DNA of 64,000 bases, taken from assembly GCF_009914755.1 (NCBI RefSeq), contig NC_060943.1; one strand, 5' to 3'. A program made the position numbers and the translations under genes. This stretch comes from the human T2T-CHM13v2.0 reference genome, Homo sapiens. The notes beneath the pieces are model-generated. The model had not been told where the DNA came from. It was given only the letters and a program-made list of their open reading frames with translations, and did not search any database. Positions 38,194 to 59,339 of this stretch are shown piece by piece (positions within the stretch are counted from its first letter, which is position 1; every line of letters begins with the position of its first letter).

Positions 38194-38499
38194 CTTTTTT
38201 TTTTTTTTTTTTTTTTGAGAGGAAGTCTCATCTCACTCTGTCACCCAGGCTGGAGTGCAATGACATGGTCTTGGCTCACTGCAACCTCTGCCTCCAGGTT
38301 GAAGTGATTCTCCTGCCTCAGCCTCTTGAGTAGCTAGGACTACAGGTGCATGCTACCACACATGGCTAATTTTTATATTTTCAGTAGAGACAGAGTTTCA
38401 CTATGTTGGCCAGGCTGGTCTCCAACTCCTGACCTCGTGATCCACCCACCTTGGCCTCCCAAAGTGCTGGGATTACAGGCATGAGCCACACTGCCCAGT
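38194..38499 (-). mobile_element. Alu in satellite
   Basis: TSD agattggtaattcttt. Confidence 0.92.
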
Positions 38500-41061
38500 C
38501 AGATTGGTAATTCTTTATGACATTCATACAAAGAGGAGGCCCAAGATGTTACTTTTTTCCCTAAGCTACAATACAAGAGACACTATCTCCCCTATTAGCT
38601 GATTCCAGGTATGGGAATCATCATAGCACCTATGAGTTGGACCAGGATATTTGTCACAATCCCAAGTATAAGTAGAAAATGAGCAGAAGAGTCGCATCAC
38701 CTGGGTGCTGTATGAGGGATGTCACAACATTTCCTGGGAGCAGGGCAAGGCAGAAAGGTCACATAACCTGGGGGCTGAGCCCAGTGATATTTCACAATGC
38801 TCCCTGTGGGAAAAGACCTGCCAGAAAAGACACATCACCTGGTTACTGGGCCCAGCGATATGTCACAATCTTCTCTATGTGCAGGATGCAGGCAGAAAAA
38901 GTGTCACATCACTTTGGTGATAGAGGCAGACATATGTCACAAGGCCACCTATGGACAGGGCTTATTCAGTAGCCTCTGACCCAATCCTGTAGGTGTTGGG
39001 TCCAGTGACATGTCACAATACCAAAAATATTCATGGCTCAGCAAAAGAAAAGATTTACATCACCTAGGTGCTGGATCCAGTGATATGTCACAATCCTCTT
39101 CTTTGGCATGGCACAGGAAGAAGTAGAGAGTCACACCACCTAGGTGTTGGACCAAGCCATATGTCACAATACACAATAAATGCAGGGCCTATGCAAAAGA
39201 GGAGAGTCAGATCTCTTAGGTGCTGGAAACAGTGGTACATCACAATTTCTCCTCTGTCAGAGCCACATCACCTAGGTGCTTGGTCCAGTAATATGTCAAA
39301 ATTCCCTTGAGAGGTGAGCCCAGGCAAGAGAGTCACATCATTTCGGTGAGAACCCCACAGATGTGTCACTATTTTCCCTGTGAATAGCGCTGAGGAAGAA
39401 AAGGATAGTCACATCATTTAAATGATGGGCCCAGAGATAGATTACAATGGCTCCTGGGTACAAAAACCAGGCAGAATAATTACATCACCTGTGTGCTGGG
39501 CCCAGTGATAAGTCACTTTCCCTTGTGTGGGCATGGCTTCAGCAGGAGAGAAGAGTCACATCACCAAGGTTCTGGTTCCAGAGATATGTCACAATCTCTC
39601 CTATTGACAAAACATGGGTAGGAGAGGAGAGTCAAATGAAGCAGCTGATGGAACCAGAGATATGTCACAATGTCCCCCCGCCCCTCATAGGGAGAGTACA
39701 AGCAGGTACCTCCCAATTCTTTAGGTATTGTGGTCAGGGACATGTCACAATACTTAAAAAATGCAGAACCCAGGCAATAAAACAGAGTCACATCACCTAG
39801 GTGCTAGGTTCAGTGATACGACACAATTCCTAATTCAAGAGGGCTCAGGGAAATAAAAAGAGTCACATAACCAAGGTGATAAAGGTAAAGATATGTCATA
39901 ATACTCCTGTGGGCAGAGTCCATTCAGGAGAGTCACATTACCTTGATGTTGGACCCAGCCATATATCACAATGCACAGCATATCCAGGGCTCAAGCAGGG
40001 AAGAAAAATCACATCGTCTAGTTGCTGGGTTTGATGATATGTCACAATCACTTGTTTTTGCAGAACCCAGACAGAAAAGAAGAGTCACATCTCCTAGTTC
40101 ATGGATGCAGAGATAAGCCAAAAGGCTCCTTGTGGGCAGGACCCAGGCACAAGGCTCTCATGCCCTAGGTGTTTGTCTCAGCCATACGTCACATTACCAA
40201 ATATATGCAGGGCCCAGGCAAACAAGGTGAGTCATAACACCTTGGTACTAAGTTTAATGATATGTTACAATCCCCACTTTTGGCAGGGCCAGGACGCACA
40301 CACACACACACACACACACAAACAAAGGCACATCACATAGGTGATTAAAAAAAAAAGATATGTCATAATATCCCTGTAAGCAGGGCTCATGCATAAGAGT
40401 CTCATCACCTAGGTTTTAGACCCAGAGATTTGTCACAATACACAATTTATGCAAGACTCAGACACAAGAGGAAAGTCACGTAACCTAGGTGCTGGGTCCA
40501 GTGATACATTAGAATCTCTCCTTGGGTAGAGTCCAAGCAGTAGAAAAGAGTTACATTACCTGGGTACTTGCTCCAGGAATATGTCACAATACCTCCTGAG
40601 GAAAGAGTCCAGAAAGGGGAGTCACATCACCTAATTGAGGGGCCCAAAGATATATTTCCCAGTGCTCCTTGCAGGTAGAGCTGGGGATAATCAAAAGAGC
40701 CACATAACCCAGGGGCTGAGCCCAGCTATATGTCACAACTACCCTAGGTGCAAGTTTCTGGTATGAGAGAAGAGTCACATTACATAGGTACTGGGCCAAG
40801 TAATATGTCACAATCTCCACTGTAGGAAGGTCTCAGGAAAAGAGAAGAGTCACATTATCTGGGTGATGGGCACAGGAACGTATCACAATTACCCTAGACA
40901 GAAGCGTTACATCACCTGTGTGTGAGGTCCAGTGATAAGCCACTCTTCCTTTTGTGCACACGGTCCAAACAAAAGATGAAAGTCACATCACCTAGGTGCT
41001 GGGCTTCCAGAATTGTCTCAATCCCTCCTATGGTCAAAGCCAATTTAAGAAACAAGAATTA

Positions 41062-41200
41062 CATTAGCTGCTCTGCCTATGGAGCAGCCATTTTTTTTGT
41101 TTGTTTGTTTCTTTACTTCTCTAATAAACTTGCTTTCATTTTACTGCATGGGCTCACCCTGACTTCTTGGGGTCTGGATTAAAAGCCCTTTTCAGTAACA
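41062..41200 (+). mobile_element. MER41-type LTR, 3' (R/U5) part only
   Basis: gctgctctgcctatggagcagccatt...aataaacttgctttca...cttggggtctggat...gtaaca terminus. Confidence 0.8.
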
Positions 41201-44120
<2,920 letters not shown>

Positions 44121-47100
44121 AAAGAAGAGTCAAATCACCTAGGTGCTGGGCCCAGAGATACTTCATAGCCCCTCACTAGGCACAGCCGAAGCAGTAGAAA
44201 AATTCACATAACCTAGGTGCTGGGTACAGCAGTATGTCCCAATACCCCTTGAAAGAAGGGTGAGCCAGAGAGTAACATCACCGTTGAGGGACCAAAAGGT
44301 ATGTTACAATGCCTTCTGTAGGCAGAGGACAGGGTGGAGGATTACATCACCTTCATGTTGGACTCAGCAATATGTCACAATGGCCCATGTGGGCAAAACA
44401 CAGGCAGGAGAGTCACATAACCTAAGTGCGAGGAGCCACAATATGTCAAAGTTGTCTCTATGGGCAGAACCAAGACACTGACTAAGTGCTGGGTGCAGCA
44501 AGATGTCACTACCCAGTCTGTGGGCTGAGCCTAGGCAGGAGCGTAAAAGTTCTCAAGTGCTAGGCTGAGGTATATGTCACAATCACAGCTGCAGGAAGAT
44601 CCAGAGATGAGATTAACCATCCTGCACACATCTTGGTTCTAGGTATGAGAGGCACCACCTCCTGTATGTTGGGTCTAAGTGTATAACCCACAATCTCAAC
44701 AGTTTAGAGAATCCATCCATAAGAGCCTCAATACCTCCTACAGACTGTGTCCCTTTACTGGAGTCAAAGCCTCACAGATATGCTGGATCTTGGTCTTAGT
44801 GTCACCAACCCACCTGTGAACCGAATCCATGTATGAATCAATTTTCCATCTTCAACTTTCTTTGCATGTGAGATTCAGAACCTCAAGAGTGAGCTGTGTT
44901 CATGTGGAAGAATGACAATATTTACTGCCAGCTGGGTATACATATATGAGTGTCATAATCTCACCTCTATACCATGCTCTGTTATGACACCCTTTGTATC
45001 ACAAAGGTCTCAGAGCACATTAAAGTCACACACACACACATTAAAGTCACAGTATGCTCTGAGACCTTTGTGCATCTACAGACTCATGATCCTACCTGTG
45101 GCCCCAAACCCAGGAATAAGAGTCAACATCTCTCCATTGAATACATCCAGGTAGAAAGGATCTAACTTGCCAGAATTAGAAATGAGTCACCATCCCAACT
45201 GTAGCTGGATGTTCACATATGACAGTCACAATCCAAACTGTGGGCTGTGTCAATGTGTGAAATTCAGGACCTCTCCAATGGGCTCTGTCCATCTGTGAGG
45301 GCGACAGTCTTAACAGTTGGTGGTATGTGCATATAAGAAACACAGTCTCACCTGTTTAGTGTGCCCTGTAATGACACTTTCTGTACCATTCAAGGGCTTT
45401 ATATAATATGTAAAAGAATAGTAGTGCTTTATGACCTTAATACATAGAGAAGACTCATAATCTCTCTCATTTTCCTAAGTCTAGTTATGGGAGACAGTAT
45501 CTCTTCTATTGGCTGGTTTGAGGTATAAGAGCAATTAATGAACCTGTGAGCTGGATAAAATATATATCACAATCTTACCTGTCGGTAGGAAGTGAGCAGC
45601 AGATTCACATCATGTAGGTTTTCAGCAAAGATATGTCACAATCTTTCCTGAGGTCAGAAACCACGCAGAAGTCATCTCACCTAGGTGCTCAGCCACAGAT
45701 ATATTACAATCCCCTCTTAAAGCAGAGTACAGGCAGCAGAGTCATTTCACCTGGGTGCTGAGCCCAGTGATATGTCAAAATGCTCTCTGTGGGCACAGCC
45801 TTGGCAGGAGAGACACATCATCTGGTGACTGGGTCCAGCAATACATTACAACATTTTCTGTGGGCAGGATGCAGGCAAAAGAAGAGAGTCACATCTCTTA
45901 GGTGATGGAGGAAGAGACATCTTACAAGGCCCCTCATGGGCAGGGCCCAGGCTGGAGCCTCCCATCCTAAAGGAATGATGCCCAGCTATATATAACAATA
46001 CCCAAGATATGCAGTGCCCAGGGAAAACAGAAGAGTAGCATCACTTAAGTGCTGGGTTTAGTGATGTGTCAAAATCCCCCATTTTGTCAGGGCCCAAGCA
46101 GAAGAGAAGAGTCATATCACCTAGGTGATGAATGAACAGATATGTTTTAATACCTCTGTAGGCAGGGCCCAAACAGATTTGCATCACAAAAGTGTTTGGT
46201 CCAGGCAGGAGAGGAAAGTCACGTCACCTAGGTGTTAAGCCCAGTGACATGTCACAATCTCTTCTTGGGCAGAGACCACGAAGCAGAGGAAAGTCACTTC
46301 CCCTGGGTTCTAGAGCCAGCAAAATGTCACAATGCCCTCTGTGAAAAGTGCTAAGGCAAAAGTATAGTCTCACACCACCTAGATGCTGGGTTCAGTGATA
46401 TGACACAATTTCACCTGTAGGACCTAGGCAGAAGGGTCAAATCACTCAGTTGCTGGGAAGAGCTGTATGATACAATCACACATGCAAGATGGTCTAAGAA
46501 TGAGATTAATGATCCCATACATGATCTGGTTCAAGGTACGAGAGTCAATACCTACTGTATGTTGTGTCTAATTACACGAGTCACCATCTCAAAGGTGAAC
46601 TGGATCTGTGTATTAAATCCTCAATCCCTCCCATGAACTGTGTTCCCTCAGTGGAGTCAGAGGCTCACAGGTGTGCTGAATCTTGGTCTGAGAGTCACCA
46701 ACCCACCCGTTGACGAGATCCATGTATGTGATTCAATTTTTCAACTTTCAGCTGCCTTTGGATGTGAGGTTCAGAGCCTCAAAAGTGGGCTGGGTTCATG
46801 TGGGAAAATGACAATCTTTACTATTGTCAGGGTGCGCACAGGAGTGTCATAATCTCACCTGTGTGCTTGGTCCTTTTAGGACACTCTCTGTACTATCCTA
46901 GGGCTTTATATGGTTTGCATGAGAGCCACAGTCCAGCTTGAGATTTTCATGCTGGTATAAACCTATGATTGTATCTGTGTCCCTAGGCCCAGTTATGAGA
47001 GTCAACATCTCTCCAATTTTCTGGGTTCAGATAGGACAGCCCTCACTTTCTTATGAGCTGCATTTAAAAATGTTTTCCTATCCCAAATCTGGATGGATGG

Positions 47101-49412
47101 TCACATATGACAGTCACAATTCCAACTGTGGACTGCATCCATGTGTGGGATTCACAATTGCGGTCTGTCCATCTGTGAGGGTCACAATTTTAACAGGTGC
47201 TTGGTTGTCCATACATGCAAGTCAATCTCATCTGTGTGCTGGGCTCTGTGATGACACACTGTGTACAATCCAAAGGCTTTATACCATAGGTGAGAGTGTG
47301 GTAATCCCCTCTGACCTTCATAAAAATAGGAAACCCAGAATCTTATCCATTTTCCTAAGCCTAGCTATGAGAGACAGCATATCAACTGTTGTCTGGTTTA
47401 AGATATGAGAGTCGTCATCTCACCTGCGACATGGGACATGTAACCTGTGAGTAGGTAGTGAGCAGGAGAGTCACATCAACTGGGTGCTTGGCCAGAGATT
47501 TGTACAATATTCCCTGATGGAAGGGACCAGGCAGGAGAGGAACATCACCTGGGTGCTGAGCCCAGTGGCATGTCACAATGCTCCCTGTGGGCAAGGTTCA
47601 GGCAAAAGAAACACATCATCTGGTCAGTAGGCCCAGCAATATGTTACAATCTTCTCTATAAGCAGGGTGCAGGTAGAAGAGGACAGTCACATCTCACAGG
47701 TAATAGATGCAGAGATATGTCACAAGGCCTTCTGTGAGCAGGGCCCATGCTTGTGCCTCCCATCCCCTATGTGTTGAGTCCAGTGATATGATACAATACC
47801 CAAATATGCAGGGCCCAGGCAAAATAGGAATGTCACCTCAACTAGGTTCTGGGTCCAGTGAATTGCTACAATCTCCTTTTTTCTTTGGCAGTGCCCAGGC
47901 AGAAGAGAAGAGGCAAATAACCTAGGGGATGAATGAAAAAATATTTTATAGTACCCCTGTGGACAGAGCCCATACAGAAGAGTCATATTAACGAGCTGAT
48001 GGACCCAGATATATGTCACAATACATGACGTAGGATTGGCCCAAACATGAGAGTCACATCATCTACATGCTGGGACTAGTGATACATCACAATCTCTCTT
48101 TGAACAGAGAGTAAGCAGTGGAGGAGAGTCACATCACCTATGCGCTGCGTTTAGCAATGTGTCACAATACCCTCTGAGGGGAGAGCCCAGGCAGTATTGT
48201 TACATCACCTGGGTGCTAGGTCAGGGATATGTCACAATCTTCCCTGAATGTGGGGACCAGACAGGTGAGTCACATCACCTGGGTGCTCAGCCAGTGATAT
48301 GTTACAATGTCCTTCTAAAAGCAGGGCACAGTCGGTATAATCACATTACCTAGTTTCTGGAAGCAGCAATATGTCACAGTGCTCCCCGGTTTGCTAGGCC
48401 CAGGCTGGAGAGACACATGACCTGGTTGTTGCACCCAGTGTTATGTCACAATCTTACCTGAAGGCAGGGTGCAGGCAGAGGAGAGACACATCCCCTAGGT
48501 GATAGATGCAAAGAAATAAAAAGCCCTCTGTAGTCAGGGCCAAGGCAAAAGTCTCTCATCTCCTAGGTTTTGGACCCAGCAATATGTCACAATAACAAAA
48601 TTATGCAAGGCCCAGGTAAAAGAGGAGAGTCACACCATTAAGTGCTCTGTCCAGTGATAAGTCACTATCCTTCTTTTTGTCAGGACCCGGGCAGAAGAGG
48701 GGAGTCACATCACCTAGATAACTAACAACATGATATGTGATAATGCCCCTGTGGGCAGGGCCCATGCAGGAAACTCACATGACCTAGACATTGTACCCAG
48801 CCATGTCACAATAGCAACGTATGTACAGCCCAGGGAGGAGAGGAGCATCACATAACCTAGGCCCAGTGATACATCACAATTTCTTATTGGGCAGAGCCCA
48901 AGCAGTAGAGAAGAGTCATATCACCTAGTTTCTGGGTGTGACAACATAAAACACTACCCCCTGAGACGAGGATCAGGCAAGAGAGTCACATCACCTAGGT
49001 GATGGGCTCAGATATGTTATAATGTCCCCAGGTGAGCAGGGCTAAGGAAGAAGAGGAAAGTCACATAAACTAGGGTCAGGGCCAAGCTATATGTCACAGT
49101 CACTCCAGTGGGGATCACCCAGGCATGAGAAGAGAATCACATCACATAGGAGCTGGGCCCAGCAATATGTAGCAATCTCCACTGTGAACAAGTCTGAAAA
49201 TAAGAAGGTTCACATCAACTAGGTGATGAACTCAGAAATATGTGAAAATGATTTCTGTCGGCAAAGACCAGGCAGAAAAATTACATCATGTGTGCTGGGC
49301 TTAGTGATAAGTCATTATCCCTTCTGTGGGCATGGTCCAAGCAGAAGAAAAAAGCCACATTACCTAGGTGCTGGGCCCAGAGTTTGGCACAATATCTTCT
49401 ATGGAGAAAGCT

Positions 49413-49720
49413 GGCCGGGTGCAGTGGCTCACACACCAGTAATCCCAGCACTTTGGGAGGTCGAGGCAGGTGGATCATGAGGTCAGGAGTTTGAGACCAG
49501 CCTGGCCAACATGGTGAAACTCCGTCTCTACTAAAAATACAAAAATTAGCCAGGCATAGTGGCGGGCGCCTGTAATCCCAGCTACTCAGGAGGCTGAGGC
49601 AGGAGAATCATTTGAAACTGGAAGGCGGAGCTTGCAGTGAACCGAGGTAGCACCACTGCACTCCAGCCTGGGTGAAAGAGCGAGACTTTCAAAAGAAAAA
49701 AAAAAAGAAAGAAAGAAAAA
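49413..49720 (+). mobile_element. Alu in satellite
   Basis: TSD agaaagc. Confidence 0.9.
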
Positions 49721-50837
49721 AGAAAGCCTAGGCAAGAAAGAAGTCATCAAATAGTTCATAGGCCCAGAGGTACATCGCAATGCCCCTTGTTAATGGGGTC
49801 CAGGCAGAAGACTCACATCAACCTGCTAGTGGGATCAGCAATATGTCACAACGCTTTTTGAGTGCAGGGCCAAGGCAAAAGAGGAACATCACCTTGAAGT
49901 TGGGCCCAGTGATATGTCACAATGTTCCCCGTGAACAAAACCTAGAAAGAAGAGTCACATCATCTAGGTGCTGGGGCTAGCAATCTCTTTCAATACTCCC
50001 TGTAAGCAGGAACCCAGCAGGAAAAGAGAGTCACATCACCTGTGTGATGGGCACAGAGATATGTCACAATACTTTCTGTAGGCAGGACCTAGGCAAGAGA
50101 GTTATATGACATGGACGTTAGACCCAACAATATGTCATAATGGCCCATGTGGGCAAGGCACAGGCAGGAGAGTCACATAACCTGGTTATGGTTCCCCTAT
50201 GTTAGCTGCAGTAATATGTCACAGTGCTCCCTGTGGGGAGCACCAAGGCAGGAGAATAAATTTACATCACCTAGATCCTGGGTTCAGCGATGTGTTACAA
50301 TCCAATCTGTGGGCTGAGCCCAGGCAGGAGAGTGAAAAAACTCAGGTGCTGGACAGAGGCGTATGTCACAATCACAGCTGCGAGAAGGTCCATAAATGAG
50401 ATTAACCATCCTGGAACCATGTTATGGTTCCAGGTATGAGAATTAACACCTCCTTTATGTTGCATTTATGTTCAGGACTCACAATCTCAACTGTGGACTT
50501 GATCTGTGTATGAGACCTTCCATCCATCCTCTAGACTGTGTCTCCTTAGTGGACTCACGGTTTCTCAAGTCTCAGGGGTGCTGAATCTTGGTCTGAGAGT
50601 TACCAGCTTACTTGTACACTGGATTCAAGGATGAAAGTCAATTTTTCAACTTTTGAAACTTTCATTGGTTTTGAGATTCAGAATCTCAACAGTGGGCTGT
50701 GCTCCTGTGGAAGGATGACAGTTATTACTGTCAGCTGGGTCTGCATGTGAGTGTCACAATCTCACCTGTGTGCTGAGATCTGTTAGGACATAATCTGTCC
50801 TATTTGAGGGCTTTATACTTTATGCATAAGAATTGCT

Positions 50838-51138
<301 letters not shown>

Positions 51139-54100
51139 TTACAATCTGGTCTGAGAACTTTATGCTGGTATGGACCCATGATCATATCTGTGGCTCTAAG
51201 CTCAGCTATGAGAGCCAACATGTCTCTAGTTGGCTGAGTCTAGATAAGAGATTTCTTACCGCCTATGAGCTGCAGGAAGCTCATAGCCATTGAGCCATAT
51301 GTGAATATCTAGCCATTTCAACTCTGGCTGGATATTCACATATGACAGTCACAATTTCAAATGTGGACTGAATCCACTTATGAGATTAAGAATCTCAGCA
51401 GTGAGCATTGTCTATGTTGGGGCGGGGGTTCCAATCCTAAGTGTTGCTGTGTTGTGCATATGAGAAACACAACCTCAACTGTGTGCCAGGCTCTGTGATG
51501 ACACTCTCTGTACCATCCAAGAACTTTACACAATATGCAAGTGAATGCCAATTCTGCAAGGTCTTTATAAAAAGAAGACCCAGAAACTCGTCTGTTTGCC
51601 AAAGCCCTGCAAAGAGACACAGACTCTCTGCTACTGGCTGGTTAAATGTATTGCACCTCTGAGCTAAACCAAGGTAAATGTGACAATACCATCAGGGATA
51701 TGTCACAATCTTGCATGAGGCCAGAGATCAGGCAGTGGAGTTGCATCTCCTGGGTGTTGGACCCAGCAACATATCACAGTGCTTTCTGTGGGTTGAGCCC
51801 AGGCAGGAGAGACACATCACCTAGTTGCTAGGCCCAGTACTATGTCACAATCTTCTCTATGGGAAGGGTGCAGGAAGGGGAACCACATAGTCTAGGTGAT
51901 GGACGAAGAGATATTTCACAAGGACTCGTGAGCAGGGCCCAGGCAGTACTCTCCCATTCCTTAGCTGTTGAGCCCAGCAGTATCTCACAATATTCAAAAT
52001 ATGTGGGGCCCAGGTAAAATAAAAATATCACATTACCTAGCTATTGGCCCAGCAATACACCACAAATTTCTCCCTGGGCAGAACCTAAGCAGTAGAGGAG
52101 TGTCACATCCCCTAGTTTCTGGGTCCAGCAATATGTCACAGAGCATGGCCCAGGCAAAAAAGTAACATTACTTAGGTGAAGAGATGTCACAATGTCTTCT
52201 GTGGGTAGGGCTAAGAGAGAAGAAAAGTGTCACATAACCTAGGTGGTGGTGCCAGCGATATGCCACAATCACCCCAAAAGTTCTGGACCAAGTGATATGT
52301 CACAATCTTCTCTGTGTACAGTTTACAGGAAGAAAAAGGGAGTCACATAATCTAGGTGATGGGCTTAGAAACATGTCAATATGACACCTGTGGGCAGGGA
52401 CCACACAGAATAATCACCTCACCTGTGTGCTAGATACACCGATAAGGTATCTTGGTTCTGTGGGCTTGATCGTGTGCTAAGAAGAGGGTCACATCACCTA
52501 GGTTTTGGTCCCAGAGATATGTCACAATTTTGTCTATGGTCAAAGCCCAGGTAAGAGAGGAGAGTCACATGAAATAGTTGATGAAGTCAGAAATATGTAT
52601 CAATGCCCTCTGAGAACAGGGCCCAGGCAGGAGACTCACATCACCTTGCTGCTGGGCCCAGCAATATGTCACAATGTCTTCTGAAAGTACGACAAAGCCA
52701 ACAGGTTAATGTCACCTCGGTGTTGGGCAAGGTAAAATGTCAACATCTCCCTTGCAGGCAGAACTTAGAAAGATGAGAAAAGTCACATCAGCTAGGTGAT
52801 GGACCCAGCAACAGGTAGCAATCTTCCCCTTTGAGCAGAGAGCACACAGGAAAACAGAGTCACATCACCTGGGTGATGGGTGCAGAGATGCATCACCATG
52901 TCCCAGGTAGGCATGGCTGAGGCTGAAGAGTTACATCACATCGGTGTTAAACTCAGCAGTATGTCACAGTAGCCCATGTGGGCAGAGAACAAGTAGGAGA
53001 ATGACATAAGCTGGGTTTGTGGCCCAGGAATATGTCATGGTGTCCCCTGTGGGCAGTACCAGAAAAGGAGAGACTTACATCACTTGGATGTAAGGCCCAG
53101 TGATATGTCACAATGCCCCCTGTAGGCAGCATCAAGGCAGGAGTATGGAGTCACATCACCTATGTGCTGGGTTCAGCAATGTGTCACAATTGCAACTATG
53201 GACTGGGCCCAGGCAGGAGAGTCAAATTACTTAAGTACTGAGCAGAGGCATATGTCACAATCACACCTGCAGGGTGGTTTAGAAATTAGATTAACAATTT
53301 CACTTATGTCCCAGGTCTAAATTTGAGTCAACACCTCCTGTATGTTGGGTCTAAGTACAAGAGTCACAATCTCAATGGTGCACTTGATTTGTTTGTGAGA
53401 GTCTCAATTTCTCCTGCAGACTGAAGGCTTACTGGAGCCACAGACTTACAGGTGTGTTGAATAGATGTCTGAGCGTCACCAACTCACCTTTGAACCAAAT
53501 CCACATGTGAGTCAATTTTCCAACTTTTGACTGTTTTCACAAGGAAAATTTGGGACCTCAAGAGTGGGCTGTGATCATGTGGAAAGGTGACAATTTTTGC
53601 TGTTGGCTGGGTGTGCATGTGAGCCTCACAATCTTACCTGTGTACTAGGCTCTGCTAAGACTCTCTCAGTACCATCTGAGAGCTTTCTACAGTATTAATG
53701 AGTGTTGCAAACCACTCTGTGACCTTCATGATGGTAAGGACTCGTGATTGTACCTGTGGTTCTAAGCCCAGGTATGAGAGTCAACATCTCTATAATTGGC
53801 TGGTTCCAGATAAAAGAGTTCTCACCTGCTGTGGAGCTAGGTTAAAAATGAGTCACCATCTCAAGTGCAGCCAGATGTTCAACGATGACAGTTACAATTT
53901 CAACTGTAGACTGCATCCTCATGTGAGATTCAAGACCTTACCAGTAGGCTCTGTGCATGTGTCAGGTGATAATCCTAATAGATGATGCGGTGTGCATACA
54001 AGAAATGCAATGTCACCTGTGTGCTGGGCCCTGTGATGACACTCTCTGTACCACCTGAAGGGTTTATATGACATGCAAGAGAGTGGTAATCCACTATGAC

Positions 54101-54821
54101 CTTCATACAAGGAGGAGACTGAGAATCTTACATATTTCCCTAAGCCTAGCTTTGAAAGACAGTATGTCCCCTATTTGTTGATTTGATATATGAGAGTTAT
54201 CATCTCACCTGTGAGCTGAACAAATCCCACCTGTGCATAGACAGTGAGCAAGAGAGTCACATCATTTTGGTGCTAGGCCAGAGATATATCAAAATCTTTT
54301 CTCATGGCAGAAACTAGGAAGAAGAGTCACGTCACCTGGGTGCTTGGCCAGGGATATGTTACATTCCTGTTCTGAAAGGAGGGCACAAGCAGCAGAGTCA
54401 CAGAATGTGGGTGCTGTGCCCAGTGATATGTCACAACGCTCCCTGTGAAACCCAGGAAAAGAAAACACATCAACCTGTTGCTGGGCCAAATGTTATGTCA
54501 CAATCTTTCCTGTTGGCAGGATGCAGGCAGCAGAAGAGAGTCACATCTCCTAGGTGATGAATGCAGAGATATGTCATGAGGCTTTTGAGAATGGTAGGGC
54601 TAACACCCTGTTTACAGGGAATAGACAGGTGCCTCCCATCTTCTAGCTGTTTGGTCTAGTCATATGTCACACTACTCAAAATACGTGGGGCCTCTGCAAC
54701 ATACAAGAGTCACGTTAACTATGTGCTAGGTCCAGGGATATGTCATCATCCCACATTTTGGCAGGGACATGACAGAGAAGAAGGACATATCACCTAAACC
54801 ATAAATGTAAAAATATATCAT

Positions 54822-55038
54822 AGCCAGGCACAGTGGCTTATGCCTATAATTCCAGCACTTTGGGAGGCTGAGGTGGGCGGATCACTTGAGGCCAGGAGCT
54901 CAAGACCAGCCTGGCTTACATGGCAAAACCCCATCTCTACTAAAAATACAAAAAAATTAGCTGAGCATGGTGGTACACGCCTGTAATCCCAGCTATTCCG
55001 GAGGCTGAGGCACGAGAATCACTTCAATCCAGGAGGCC
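54822..55038 (+). mobile_element. 3'-truncated Alu at the right boundary of the satellite
   Basis: Alu consensus stops at ...ccaggaggcccg. Confidence 0.85.
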
Positions 55039-55472
55039 CGATGATTAGGTTCAAGGCCAAATAGCAAAATATGTTTGCATTTAATCTATTTTCTCTATAT
55101 ATAAACACTGCAGGTCAAGAGTATGCACAGATATGAAGACTTAGAGTTTTCTTCTCCTCCGGACCTATCATCCTTTGCTCCCTTTCTGATCTCTGGAAGG
55201 AAGGTGGGCCAAAGGTGGCCAGCAGTTGTCTACTTGTGGTTAATTTATTCCTGCTGCCCTCTGCTTTTTCTATGGCCGCTATCTTTTCCATCCTCCAAAC
55301 TGAAGAGAGATGTTGTTAGGAAGAGGCCCTTCCTTCACACTGGCAGAATAAATTTGTTCAGGCCCTTTACCCACCCAACATCAGAGCTGCACTTCACGTG
55401 TGGCTCCTGAGTGCCTGGAATGTGGCTGGGTCTACACTGTGATGTGCTGGAAAGGCAAAAAACAGACTTAGT

Positions 55473-55785
55473 AGCCTGTGTGCGGTGGCTCACGCCTGTA
55501 ATCCCAGCACTTTGGGAGGCCGAGGCAGGTGGATCACTTGAGGTCGGGAGTTCCAGACCAGCCTGACCAACATGGAGAAACCCCGTCTCTACTAAAAATA
55601 CAAAAATTAGCCGGGCATGGTGGCAGATGCCTGTAATCCCAGCTACTCAGGAGGCCGAGGCAGGAGACTCACTTGAACCCAGGAGGCAGAGAACACACTT
55701 TGTGCCATTGCACTCCAGCCTGGGCAACAAAAGCGAAACTCCATCTCAAAAAAAAATAAAAAAAAAACCAAAAAAACAAAAAAAA
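55473..55785 (+). mobile_element. Alu (AluS)
   Basis: TSD cagacttagt. Confidence 0.9.
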
Positions 55786-55849
55786 CCAGACTTAGTTCCA
55801 ATGATATAGTTCTAACTATATACATGCTACATTAATAATTACACATTGC

Positions 55850-55978
55850 TCATATAGTAATATTTTGGATATATTGGGTTACTGAAATTGTTACAATCAG
55901 TTTGACCTATTTCTTCTTTCTTTTTAAAGTTTGGCTACTAGAAAATTTAAAATTCACATTTGGCTCACATTCTATTTC
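55850..55978. mobile_element. MER33/MER3-like hAT-Charlie DNA transposon fragment
   Basis: tattttggatatattgggtt...ggctactagaaaatttaaaatt...ggctcacatt. Confidence 0.65.
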
Positions 55979-55992
55979 AGAAGATTGCCTCC

Positions 55993-57370
<1,378 letters not shown>

Positions 57371-57483
57371 GAATGGGAAGAGCTTTGGTCTGTGGGGTTC
57401 TGAGTCTCTCTTTTCTCTTATTAAAAATATACAGAAGTCACCGCAAAAATATTAAAGAATTTAATTAAAGAGTGATTCAAAAA

Positions 57484-58761
<1,278 letters not shown>

Positions 58762-59339
58762 TTTTCCGCTGAATTTTTTACATGTGTCCCAAGCAGAGTC
58801 TCAAGTTTTACCCTCCTCCCCCTTCATCATTTCTTCAGCCTAACTCTGGATTGCAAAAATAGTAAATAATAAAATACTAAATTTTCAGTTTCTTCTGACA
58901 TTCCCAAATGCCAGTTTTCCCTAATTCACATTATCAATTATTCATCCTTTAGTTTACATTTTTTATACCATATTTTAATCATTTTTTGACAAAGCATTGG
59001 ATGGCACTTTAAAAAGATTTGTTTTCTGTTTGTAAATACTTTCCATGGGAAGAAAGCAAAGTATAATTCCCTGACACTGTAGTGTAAAAAAAATTTTGTT
59101 CCTCTTTGCTTTTATCTTGTATAGGCACAGAGATCTTATCAGAATGTTTTTGGGTCAAAGTTTCCCTTTGGAAGCTGTGAGGTGAGATGTCTTCACCCAC
59201 CCTTTAGTTTTGTTCTTGGTCTTGGGCTTCAGTATTTCCTGGGGATAAACCAAGATACCCACCATGGCTATATCTGCTAGAGTATCTAGTGGATATCAGC
59301 TACTGGGTCTTTTTTTTTTTTTTTTTTTTCTTCTTATAG

